Positions 51,045 through 63,695 of a DNA stretch of 64,000 nucleotides are shown one piece after another. Location of the stretch: positions 98,704,001 to 98,768,000 of the forward strand of contig OX597821.1 of assembly GCA_951406725.2 (NCBI GenBank), written 5' to 3'. The position numbers and the translations under genes were made by a program. How positions within the stretch are numbered: position 1 is the stretch's first letter; every line of letters starts with the position of its first letter. Source of the DNA: Octopus vulgaris (lineage: Eukaryota). The notes beneath the pieces were generated by a model. It saw only the letters and a program-made list of their open reading frames with translations. It did no database searches and was not told where the DNA came from.

Positions 51045-52350
51045 TTGCTAAAATTAGCTATAACCTTTGTTGATAATAAAGGGTCTATTCCACAGAGTGA
51101 AAGGCATATTATATGATGCTTGTGTACGAACAGTTATGCTGTAGCATAACTGTTCATACTGTATATAGTAAGTGAAACATGGGCCATGAATACAGAGGAC
51201 ATGCAACATGGGCCATGAATACAGAGGACATGCAAAGGCACAAAAAAGAAGGAAGCTAGCATGTTCAGCTGGATGTTCAGTGCCAGTGTGCATGAACCAC
51301 AAGGTGTAAATGTTTTAAGACAAATATTGGGTATAAGAAGCATCAGATGTGGTGTGCAAGAGAGGTGCTGATTTCTAGATCTGGAAGTAAACTGTGGAAG
51401 AGGAAGGCCTAGGAAGACGTAGGGTGAAGTGGTGAAAAAGGATCTTGGGCTGACAGAACTGAGATAATTGGTAATTTTGCACTTGAGAAGACCCATTCAG
51501 CTAAAATTGAAGCCATAATGGCATGTTGTTTATGTCCAAGACCCCACAAATGCACTTGAGGTTTCTCCAGCTGGTTCGTATTCTAGTGACTGCACTTTCA
51601 GATTCTCCTCCTACTAATTATATCACCTAGTTTGACAGAAACTACCTACCACCTGTAAGGACCCTCCTGGGCATTTGAGAAATTCAATTTACTGTGTATT
51701 CTTAGTGTTTATTGTTCCTGCACACCTGCCACACACAAAGGCTATATTCTCTGTTAGTCATCCTGTGATTCCACTGCATCTCTTATGTGTCCATAGACTT
51801 TCACTGGGTACACTGTATGGAATTTCTACCTAAACATTTTCTATATATTGAGCAGGGCCATTTCTCTGAAGGGATGATAAGTGGTTTGTTTGCTTTCCTG
51901 ATTACTAGGATTTTGGTCTTTGCTAAGTTAACTTTAAGTCCCTTTGAATCTAGGCCTTGCTTCCATACTTGGATTTTCTTTTTTTTATTCTACTTCTTAT
52001 TCTTATTCAGTTATAAGATGAAGGTCATAAAGGGGTTCCTTTGGGTAACCAGTCTTAAGCTCCTCTGTTATAGCCTGGAGGACTGATAAATAAAAAGGAA
52101 CTGAGCACTACATTGTTTATAAACAGCTGTTTATTTTTTGTCAAATGCTTCTCCTGCTGTTGTTTTACTAGGAAGAGAGCATCAGTAGTGCTTCTCCATG
52201 GCACAAAAGCAAACTGCATCTCATCTCTCTTCCTAATTAGTTGAACAGCCTTTTCTGTAACTTTCATGACCTGGTCCAGGCATAAATTGTTTGTCATCAA
52301 CTCCTCATTAACCACTGTCATCATTGCCATTAACCCTACCACCGTCTTTG
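51045..52350. mobile_element. PHD-type RTE LINE copy split by an inversion
   Basis: ~51560-52350 (-) encodes RT and finger up to ESAVTRIRTSW; ~51045-51495 (+) carries the immediately following LLP..KGL..RVKG..LYDACVRT part. Confidence 0.75.
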
Positions 52351-53585
52351 CTACAACAAACTATTACATTTCTCAGAATATGTGTATATGCATGAACATG
52401 TTATGGTTATACATCTGTATTGATTTATCAGCATTTCTTTTTTGATCCTTTTTCTCCTATCTTTCGCTGTCACCACCTCAACTAACACTTATTACGACTT
52501 CTCTCTTCCTCTATCTTGCATGACATTCACTGTTCTCTCCACCATCACAATAACAAGAATTCTCACTTTTCACCAAGGATTTTGCTAGAAGAGGTTCAAT
52601 ATATTGGTGATGGTGAGTCTCATAATCCAGTATGTCATAACTACACTAAAGACTATTTTCATGTTGCATGTGTAGAACAAGTTAACTTGATAGAGCCCAT
52701 TTCTCTGTTAACCATATCACAAGAGTTGAACACAGCACTAAATGAAACTACTTACAGTAGTTATGCTGTTATGCTGCAATATGTAATTACAGCTGGGAGA
52801 GGAGGGCAGTTTGAGAGTTATGTATTTTCATCTAATGTGAACTGTAAACATGTCAGCTGTACTCTATCAACACGAGCATCATTCTCGATTAATACAACCT
52901 TCAAGTTTCAAAATATATTGATCTACACTCAGAAGTAGAATCACTGTCATTATAAAAGCAACTGAAACCATCATAACTGGAGATCATTTGAAAAATTTTC
53001 TGAATTGTGGAAAGAAAACAAATTTAATATCAAAGATTAATGCAAAAATGAATCAAAGATGAAAATTTAACAAGAGTGAGGAACATTATGGGAACTGCTG
53101 CTCTAGTTACAAGTGGCTTCCACTTGTTACTGTAACTATATTACTTACTACTGCGTTTCAATTCAGTTGTGGTTGTAACAGGTATAAAAAAAGCTAATTT
53201 TTGTGAGATTTACATCAATGAAGGCTGGTAATGAGTGTGTGAAGTTTCATACGTGGGATCCTCCTCACTTTGATATGTTAGCATGAATTGTACAGATGAA
53301 CAAGACAGCACCTCACTATACATCTGGATTCTCTTATTTCATCTGTTAGGCTGAGAGAAAAACTTTTGAGCCTGAATCTAAATATTTTTCCCTTGTTTTC
53401 ATTTATAATAGAACATCCATATCATACAACGCCAAGACTAGGAAGCATTACATCTGTATACATACATACATAAATACATACATATACACACACACACACA
53501 TACATACATTTCGTAGACAGAAACTTAAAGAAATCATTTGTATACACACATATATATATACATGTATGTATATGTGCATATTCAT

Positions 53586-55190
53586 ATCTGTTATATCAAA
53601 CTCAATGTCTTTATGTGTGTTCATGTTTTACTTATACATTTGAAAACTGCTGCATGGATCATAATGAAATTTGGAACACAAAATCTAAGCCTTGGGAGAA
53701 GGGTAATGCTGTGTGTTTCATACAATTTCATGGACCAAAATTACTGAATGGATCCTTATGAAATTTGAAACTTAGATTCAATGCATAAGGGCGGGTATAA
53801 TGCAATATGTTTGGTTTGAATTTCAGATGGCTTAAAGAGGGCAGAACCCCCATGAAAATTCATAAATTTTCGATGTTGATGAAATTTCAACCATGGGTAA
53901 TTGACACACATCAAGAAATATTCTCAAAGTTTGCACTTCACATGATGATTCTAAGACACCCTAACACTCAAATTTTAATAATTTCTTTTATGATCCAAAA
54001 CTAAGTCTAAAGTACTGAATAGATCTTTACAAAATTTGGAAATTTTATTCTATGCATAAGGGCCACAACCCCCATGACAATTCATATATTTTTGCTGTTG
54101 ATGAAATTTTAACCATACATATTAGATACAAATGAAGTCATATTTATAAAATTTCATCTTCTTACAAGTTAGAAAGACCCCTTCATGTGGACTTAACACC
54201 CACAATTTAGTCATTTTTATCTAAGCAAAGACGAATAATTGTACTCTTGGAAGTAATTCAATGGTACAACAGTGTAAGAGTTTGCTTTGACATACACTTA
54301 GATTGTGATTTCTGCAATGTGCTGCATAAATTGTCAAGTAAATGAGAGGCATCTTTGCCTCCACTGATTCAGTTGCAAAATGTTGAGTAAAGTTATTTGA
54401 TTGCAGATCTCCTTTCAGTCTTTTTATTATCACTCGGTCACACATAGTCCCCAGATGGTAACATTGATTTCAAGGCCTTCCCAGATGAGTGACTGGTTAT
54501 TCAAAGACATTTATAGATTGTATATTTATTCTGTCCAGTTACATATCAGTATAGTGGTCATTTGCAAACTCCAACTTTCATTTCTCCTTAGCCCTCACGT
54601 CACACAATTGTTAATGTTTATTTCAGTTGGGTCACGCCCTTTCAATTGCTATACATTCGTAATGCATCTCACGGCTGTGCCTGTCACCTGGATGGTGAGG
54701 AATCCTACATTGGGAGTGGTACCGACTAGGGTAGGGTAACTGACTGCTTATTGTGATCATTAGTCTTTTGCTTTCCTGTAGCTTTGCTCTCTTTTACAAA
54801 CCCAGTGAACATGTATTTCCTATTTCAAAGAAATTCAAACAATAGATATAAGACCCAAGTTAAAAAGATTCTCAACAATTCAACTTCTCTGGTTGACATT
54901 AAGACACCCACCCCCAATAGGGGCCTTAACTCTCACATTTTTCAGGAGCAAAATCCTTTAACAGGTTCTATAAGACTGGAATATTGTAATATGCACATAA
55001 AAATCAGTAGTATGGGATACATGTGGCACGATTACAATTTTTTTAGGGTGTGTAAAGAGGGAAATAACCCTCATCTGCAATTTTGATGAAATTCGAAACA
55101 TAGATATTCCAGTTCATTACAGAAAATATAACAGAAAAGTCTAATTCTTCAATTGTATGTAACTCAGACAACGCCGGGTAACTCTGCTAG
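53586..55190 (+). mobile_element. Non-autonomous Helitron-like element
   Basis: Repeated ATGAAATTT subunits; 3' end ACTCAGACAACGCCGGGT..CTGCTAG|T, like that at 17773. Confidence 0.5.
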
Positions 55191-55302
55191 TATATATATA
55201 AAGACACACATATAAAAATAATGATGATGATGATGTGCCAGCATGGAACAGGGACATTAAATGATGTTAATGGTGATGATGATATATACATATATCTTTA
55301 TT

Positions 55303-55332
<30 letters not shown>

Positions 55333-55335
<3 letters not shown>

Positions 55336-57790
55336 TGTGGTGTGAAAGAAAGAAAGTTGTAAATATAGTCGAGCTAACGGTTCCTCATGAAGATAATATG
55401 GATGCCGCTCGGGCTCAAAAATTGAACCGTTATGTAAACCTCCTCGAGGAATGTGAAGACGCAGGCTGGAAAGCGGAACATTTTCCAATCGAAATCGGAT
55501 GTAGAGGGTTTGTCCATTTAGACCAGTCAAAAGCATTCGATAGGGTTGACCATCGATACCTGGTGTCTGTGCTAGCACAGTTCGGGCTGGGTCTTGGCTT
55601 CCTTAGGTGGATAATCCAATTATACAATAACATTGATTCGATCGTTCGGGTGAACGGCTTTCTTTCTAGGCTGTTCTCTATTAAGCACTCGGTTCGCCAA
55701 GGAAGTTCGCTCTCGCCACTTTTGTATGTGATGGCCCTAGAGCTGTTACTGCGAAAGTTGAGCGGCATCCCGAGGGGGCCGGCTGTTGGAGAGTTGGTTT
55801 CAGCATATGCAGATGACATCACCATTATTGTAACCAAGATGGAACACCTACAGAGGGTAAGTGAAACCATTAAGGTTTACGAGATAGTGTCAGGAGCAAA
55901 GATTAACCGGGAAAAGTCAGTCAGCTTGCAACTCGGCACCTGGAGGGGCAAGTCGATGCCTTTGGATAGCGTCGTGGGATGTTGGACGGAGGGCCCGGTT
56001 AAGCTACTAGGTATGGTTTGGACCAGACCTCCAGGTAGAAAAGAACTAGGCAGAGGTATTGAGCAAGGTGACCTGCATAGTCAAGACCTGGTCTTGGCGG
56101 TGGCTATCCTTGAAAGGGAGGGCGGAGGTGGCCAATGTGTTTATCGCATCGGTCATCATTTACCGCCTAACCGTCGTGCCCTGTCCCGGTTCGTGGTTGA
56201 GCAAGCTGGAGAGGCAGATCTTCCGCTTTTTGTGGAAGGGCACCACTCCTCTCGTGAGGCGTTCTATCTGCTGCCAAAAGCCGTTGAATGGAGGACTGGG
56301 GATGCCTTGGCTGTTGATGCGCAAACATGCGCTGAGGTTGAGGCATCTCTGGCTACTCCTGAATGGTGAACAGGTGTGGTCTCTGTTCGCAAAACGGATG
56401 TTTCCCAGGTTCACTAGTTTTAGTGGACAAGAAAGCTGGTTTCTTCATAGAACGAGGTTTGGTACATGGTTTACGGAGTGCCGTAAAGCACTCCTACAGT
56501 TCCATCACTCGGGTAATGCTAGCGGTTTTGGTACCACCACATTTTTCTATAGCAGGTTGGTAGAGGCTGGGAACGACGATACCCTAGAGGAAACCCTAGG
56601 TCTCAGAGATAACCAGTTAGACAGTCTGTTCCGAAGGACGTTCGGGCCGGAGTGTTTGGATAATTTCCAAAAATCCCTGGCCTGGCAATGTTACCGAGGA
56701 GCCTTACCCGTTCGGGATAAGCTCGCACGACACTGTCAAACCACCACTGCCGACTGTCCAAGATGCAGACGGGATAGGGAAACTGTCCTGCACGCTATTG
56801 TTCAGTGTCCAGGAGTGTCTGAAGTGTGGGTTTATGCAGAACATCTGCTGTCAGGTTCAGGAAGAGTACAGCTGTCGTCTGAGTCAATCGTAAAAATTGA
56901 TCCGCCGGATTTCCTCACAAAAGAAGGTAAGCAATGTTTTCTCGCAGTAGTAGCAATAGTGAAAGAGGTGGTATGGAAGTCGCGAATGAAAGGTTTGGCG
57001 ACAGGCAACCTCATCTCCGGTCTTGGATTGGTGAGATATTTTATCTTCCACCTTAAAAGGAAGGTGAGGCTGAAAAGAAGATGCCTGTCAAAGAAAATGT
57101 TCAAAGAAAGATGGTTGCATGTTGCGAGGGTGCTGGGAATGAAAGATTCCTCATGAACATGTCATAAGTCTGCATACAAAAGTTTCAGTAGGAGAATGGG
57201 GCTCGTGGGGTCGGAGCGTAAGCCATCTCTCTGCTTCATCTCATGTCTGTATTTCGTCCTTGTTGTATCTCATTCGATTTCATTCGATTTCATTATATTT
57301 TGTAAAATTTTAAAAGTCATATAATCATTGTGTATCTGACCCCAATCAGGCTGTATTGTCCCCCTCTATGTTTGGGCTCATGTGGCTAATAAAGAAATTG
57401 GATGTAGAGGGTTTGTTGGACACAGTGTGAGACGACTGTTGTTATCGCTAGGCCTAACTCATCGTAAAGTCAATACCACCATGACTGATATCCAATCTAC
57501 AGTGGAGAAGGCTAGCCACTGGATTTGGTTAAAAAGAGACGATGAGCGATGGCTAGAAGGATATTGAGTTTAACTTCATAACCAGCTGATCTAGCAAGCG
57601 GGGCCTCATATCAGTGAGGGGAGCCGGTATGCATTGATGCCGTCGAGAGGTAGGCTCCGAAACGGCGCGCATTCTCTCCTGATGATCCCATACACTTGCT
57701 GGCTTCCGGTATACGGAGCTTTTGACTGGTAGCACTTGCATGTGCAAGTTGTTTGCAAGACATCTATGCTGCTTAGTACATTGGGCTCTA
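55333..57790 (+). mobile_element. HERO-clade LINE 3' end (endonuclease plus 3' UTR), split by a Tx1 insertion
   Basis: IVELTVPHEDNMD..KLNRY..GWKAEHFPIEIGCRGFV (to 55513) resumes as EIGCRGFVGHSVRRLL..EKASHWIWLKRDD (57394-57567). Confidence 0.85.
55514..57393 (+). mobile_element. Tx1/L1-clade LINE, 5'-truncated, relatively young
   Basis: LDQSKAFDRVDH, VRQGSSLSPLLY, AYADD, GGLGMP and CPRC..ETVLH...C; one frameshift/stop near 56010-56050; 23-bp flanking duplication gaaatYggatgtagagggtttgt (55491/57394). Confidence 0.92.
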
Positions 57791-57952
57791 AGTTTACATG
57801 ACTAGTTCAGTCGATTGCTACTCCGTTCCATGTAATGTTGGCTATCTTTAGGTCATTTTGAAATGACCATTGCCAAGTGATCTTTGGGCTACTCCTTTTA
57901 CGCCTGCCGTCTGGTGGTATCCTAATCATGGGTGTTTTCAAGTACTGTTGTC

Positions 57953-58084
57953 TACACACACACACACACGCGCACACACACACACGCGCACACACACACA
58001 CGCGCACACACACACACGCGCACACACACACACGCGCACACACACACACGCACACACACACACACGCGCACACACACACACACG
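57953..58084. repeat. Compound (CA)n(CG)2 repeat with ~16-bp period
   Basis: Uninterrupted purine/pyrimidine alternation. Confidence 0.9.
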
Positions 58085-58559
58085 CAACATATTTATATAT
58101 TTGAATATATATACCTGCATATATTACGTTTGCGTTTATACTTTTTTTATTTTGTATTTCATTTTCTTTTTTTCTCTAACTCCATAAAAAACTGTTATAG
58201 ATAAGAATGAAGCACAATACGATCATACACGCATGCACATACAAACACATACACACCCACACACACCAAAATGTCACACAGCCAATCACGTATTTGCTGT
58301 TAAAATTCAAGTGTATCAACGTTTACTCTCTCCTTCTCTCTATATATTAAGTTTGTGACAAGTATTCATTTCTGTAATGTAAAACTCAGTTTTTATTATT
58401 TTTTTCCCACTTATTCACACTAGGTCACTGGGGAGCAGTCTGTTACAGGGATGTAATACCTATTGCTGTTGTTCTTATGATGGTTTTTGTTTCATGCAAT
58501 AATTTTGATCTTTTAATCTTCATTTTTTTTATAATTACATATTTTTATCAAATATAATT

Positions 58560-58850
58560 TACTCTTTACTCTTTTTACTCTTTTACTTGTTTCAGTCATT
58601 TGACTGCAGCCATGCTGGAGCACTGCCTTTAGTCGAGCAAGTCGACCCCGGGACTTATTCTTTTGTAAGCCCAGTACTTATTCTATCGGTCTCTTTTGCC
58701 GAACCGCTAAGTGACGGGGACGTAAACACACCAGCATCAGTTGTCAAGCAATGCTAGGGGGACAAACACAGACACACAAACACACACATACATATATATA
58801 CATATATACGACAGGCTTCTTTCAGTTTCCATCTACCAAATCCACTCACA
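58560..58850 (-). mobile_element. CORE-type SINE 3' part
   Basis: Family identity; further partial copies at ~8230, 9420, 9660, 38011, 39320, 61660 and 63930. Confidence 0.85.
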
Positions 58851-59019
58851 ACGATTCTGCCAGCTAATGGTTTCAGCTAATGGCACAAAGCCCGCAGCTT
58901 TTGAGGGAAGGAGACATGTTGATTACATCAACCCCAGTACTTGACTAATACTTATTTTATTGACCCCAAAAGGTTGAAAGGTAAAGTCTTGGAAGAGCAT
59001 AGTTGACACTAAGGGATGC

Positions 59020-59600
59020 TGTTTGTATTCTTGGCTCCCTGATCCTCCCAAAAGCCATAACAGAATACCTAGAGACCAAATCTTATGGGCTTGTCCAGGA
59101 TGACTGAGAGATTGCACCTCATTGATGCACACCCAGCACTCTTCCTCTTGAAGAATTGCCTTGCTTTGCCTAAGCTCCTTTTCTTGCTCCACAATGCACC
59201 ATGTCACCCTCTCAGAGACTGCCTCAGTGATTTTGATAACACCATCTGGTGCTGCGCTGAACTGATCTGCGATGTCAATTCCAGCTGGCAACAGGCTAAA
59301 CTACTTGTTAAATTCGATGGCCATGGCCTTTGTTCTATATTGGACCTGGCTCTGACAGCCTTTCTTTCTTCAATCTCCTCTAGCCACACCTTCGTCGATG
59401 AGGTACTCCACACGATGGCTGAACCTGATGTAGCCCTAGAACTGCAGTCAGCTCTAGCCAGCTGGATTGCTGAAGGCTTGGCTCTCTCTCACATTACAGA
59501 TGTCCAACGTAACTGGGATGACAGTTATGTTGTGTGAGCTGTACAAATGCTTTTGTGGAGCAGCAGTTGATGAATTAAGCCTGCATCCATTTTCCTGCAG
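59020..59600 (+). mobile_element. CRE-clade LINE relic
   Basis: AHPALFLLKNCLALPKLLFLL..SWQQAKLLVKFDGHGL..LALTAFLSS matches the CRE post-RT WxQAxLPxxxGGLG region. Confidence 0.7.
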
Positions 59601-60438
59601 CCATAGTGTAGGCCAGTTCCCTGACATGCCAACTATTATTTCGTAAAGAAGTGAATAAATACTTGTGAACTATGAAATAACAATAACCCTTGTTGCTTTG
59701 ATTCTAATCACAAGCTGCTGAAATGTAGCTTGTGAGCCTAGCTTCACGGCAAAACTAAATCTATGTGTGGATATGACTCTATATCTATTTAATCATAACT
59801 CTAGGAACTTTGACGTTCTGGTTAAGATATACCAGTTAGCCAAGAACCGCTGCCACAGACTTATCTTGCCATTGTTGCAACTTGTTGAATTTCTACTGAT
59901 GCTTTCTCCTCAACTCTATTACTGATCGTGAATTTCTTGTTTACTATTTGCAACAATTATTTGGACCATCCCCCTTTACATGCATACCGAATGACAAATG
60001 GCAATACCATAGCCACGCAGATTGACCTACATTTACCACCCCACTTCACTGGCCTAAATCTAAGGCTTAGCCATATTGAATACACCCACACATATAAATA
60101 CAGCTATTCATAGTCTGCGTTTTGTGTCAACTTGAAGCTTTTATGTATACCAACTGAAGTTTTACTTAACCAACGCATATCTGCAAAAGAAAAATATAAA
60201 ACATAAGAACACAATATAAAATATATAGTTACTAACTTAGGGTATGTTCATGGCTATAATGTCTTATGTCATCTACATTCAAAGCTTAGTTTATTTATCA
60301 TTATACACACACATGCATGTGTGGTATAAGCATATACATGTATATAGATGAATATATGTGTATATTTATGTAGACATGTATTTTGTATTTTATATATCTT
60401 TGTAATGTGTATGTGTATGTTATTCATATATACATGTA

Positions 60439-60439
<1 letters not shown>

Positions 60440-60514
<75 letters not shown>

Positions 60515-60719
60515 AGTGTATATATATCTTTTACCTTCTTTTATGGTTAATAAATATATATATGTATATATTTAATATATGAATATATATATATATAATA
60601 TATATATATAATATATATGTATATATCTATATCTATATCTATGTGTATATATATATTGTTATATATATATTTTTTTTTTTTATATATATATATATTATTA
60701 TATTATATATATATGTATA

Positions 60720-60762
<43 letters not shown>

Positions 60763-60868
60763 GTATATATATGTATATATATATATGTATATATATATGT
60801 ATATATATGTTATATATATGTATATATATATGTATATATATATATGTATATATATATGTATATATATA

Positions 60869-60930
<62 letters not shown>

Positions 60931-60945
60931 CACACACACATATAT
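60440..60945. repeat. Large (CT)/(TA)/(TG) microsatellite field
   Basis: About 500 bp of dinucleotide-derived sequence. Confidence 0.95.
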
Positions 60946-62784
60946 AAATCAATAAATGGTGGGGTTGTGTTGACCGCACTTGGAGAAATGATAGGCAAGG
61001 AAAAATTATAAAAAGGCAGGTAAATTTTAATGAAAATGGGTGTATGGAAAATTTTAAAAAATATTTTTTTTAAATATATATATTAATTCAAACACTCACA
61101 CACGCATAGTATACATAATATATATAATATATTGTCATCATCATTGTTTAACGTCCACCTTCCATGCTGACACGGGTAGAACAAAAATATAATAATGATA
61201 ATAATATGGGTGTGTAGGTATGGGAGTATCATGATTGTTATCATCATCTATCATTTTAACGTCAAGTCTTGCAATCTTGCAATGGTTGGATGGAATCTGA
61301 TAAGGCAGATTTTCTGTGGCTGGATGATCTTCCTTTTTCTAACCTTCACCTGTTCCTATGTAATGTAATATCAATTGGATATGTTTTCACAGAAGATTGG
61401 AAACAAAGGGCACTGCTTGCAGGATGGTGATACTTGTTTGGTGTATGTGTATGTATATCACATGATGCCAAAGCAAAGAGACAATAATACACATACAAGC
61501 ACACACACACACACATGCACAAACGTATATGATATACATCATCATCATCATCATCATCGTCGTTTAATGTCCGTTTTCCATGCTAGCATGGGTTGGACGG
61601 TTTGACCAGGGATCTGGGAAGCCGTTAATCGAGCTACTCACCAGGCACCAGTCTGATCTGGCAGTACTTATTCTATCAGTCTGTTTTAACGCCGAACTGC
61701 TAAGTGTATGGGGCGTAAACACACCAGCATTGGTTGTCAAGCAATGCTAGTGGGGGACAAACACAGACACACAAACACACACACATACATATATATATAC
61801 ATATATACGATGGGTTTCTTTCAATTTCTGTCTACTAAATCCACTCACAAGGCTTTAGTAGGCCTGAGGCTATAGCATGTATCCATCTGTGTGTGTGTAT
61901 AGGTTGATGCAGACAGGAAAAATAGAACTCTTAAAATATGAATAAATGTATATTTTTATTAATATTTAGCAGAAGTAAGAGTGATTCAAGTTCCAAGAGT
62001 TTCGTTGTGTTGGCACTCATCAGATTAATCGCAGGTTGAAGGCCTGTAAATTTATATAACTGTTGATAAATTTCCCTTTGGATTGTTCTAGAATGAATCG
62101 TAATAATGTCACATGGATAATTCAAATAGTTTGCCTGTTATGTTGTTTAATAAGCAAATTCATAGATATATAAATTAGTAAAGAAATAAAAAGAAGAAAA
62201 AATCTTGTGTGTGTCATCACACACACTCACATATACATACACACACTTACACATACCAAAAAAATCTCACAAAATTTGCATATACAAAATATATAAGTGT
62301 ATATAAATTAAGCGCATAGATGTGCATGCATACACATGTCGATACATGTATACATGTACACACATGCATGCATACACATATATACATACACACACATACA
62401 TATACATTGTACACACATATGCACACACACACATATACAGTATACATACACATGTACTTACACATACATATATATACATGCGTACATAAATTCATGCTTA
62501 TACATATGTACATGCATATATACATACACACATGCATACATGTGCAGATATGTACATAAATAAACAAGCTCCTACACATTTATATATACATGTATACATG
62601 GTAAGTTGACTAAAGAAAATAATAAGTGTAGAGTAAAATAGATATAAACATAAGATAAAGAATGAAAATAAAATAAAACCAGTCCTTCTTTTCTTTTTCT
62701 TTCTCCTTGTTAAATCTTCATACTCACATGTACATATACACTTACATGTACATGTATACACACACACACACACACACATATATA

Positions 62785-63178
62785 TATCGATCAACATCAA
62801 TGGAAATTGTAGTTGTGATACCAGTGCCGGTGGCACGTAAGAGAACCATCCGAACGTGGCCGTTGCCAGCACCGCCCCGACTGGCCCTGTGCCGGTGGTA
62901 CATAAAAAGCACCATCCGATTGTGGCCATTGCCAGCCTCGTTTGGCACCTGTGCTGGTGGCATGTAAAAAGCACCATCTGATCGTGGCCGTTTGCCAGCC
63001 TTGTCTGGCACCTGTGCAGGTGGCATGTAAAAAGCACCCACTACACTCACGGAGTGGTTGGCGTTAGGAAGGGCAGACTGGGCCTGGCGCAGCCTTCTGG
63101 CTTCCCAGATCCCAGTTGAACCGTCCAACCCATGCTAGCATGGAAAACGGACGTTAAGCGATGATGATGAGGATGATG
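62785..63178 (+). mobile_element. RTE-tail repeat with four GTGGCA.GTAAAAAGCACC subrepeats
   Basis: Family identity with 2511; (GAT)n tail. Confidence 0.85.
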
Positions 63179-63494
63179 TACGCATAGGCAGTCATGCAAA
63201 CTTGCACATGCATAAATATACTTGTGTATATATATATATATACATGTATACACTCATATGCACACATGCACACACAGGTGTGCACATGACAGTAGACAGT
63301 AGTAATAGATACATGTATCTGTAAAAGATATGATTTGGTATGTTATAGGCAGGGGATGGGTTATGGAGTAGAGTAATCATGCCTCTACACACTTGTATGT
63401 GTATTTAAAAGCAGACATGTACAGGCATTCATATGTAGATAGTCATAAATATATACATATGCATTTGCACACATATATGCATGAATGTATACAC

Positions 63495-63695
63495 CAGTGC
63501 TTTTCAAACTTTTTGCTGGAGCGGAACCCCAAGGAAACATTCCACTGGCTTGAGGAACCCCTGTGCAATAATTTAATAGTCTTATGCACACATATCTGCA
63601 CAGGAAAATTAAAAATTACTGCCGATTTTAGCAGTTTTGTAACTTCTTGCGGAACCCCTGGACTGTACTGGCGGAACCCTGGTTGAAAACCACTG
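63495..63695. mobile_element. hAT MITE, 201 bp
   Basis: Perfect 8-bp TSD gtatacac; near-identical to 3320-3520. Confidence 0.92.

Noticed and set aside
57953-58084. Z-DNA-prone tract as a functional element
   Set aside because: Such tracts are common in this window and nothing here indicates function.
60348-61011. Many long YIYI/VCVC/HTHT ORFs here and elsewhere
   Set aside because: Stop-free translations of dinucleotide microsatellites.
62820-63040. Spaced GTGGCA.GTAAAAAGCACC repeats resembling a CRISPR array
   Set aside because: The spacers are homologous to each other, the context is a eukaryotic retroposon tail, and there are no cas genes.
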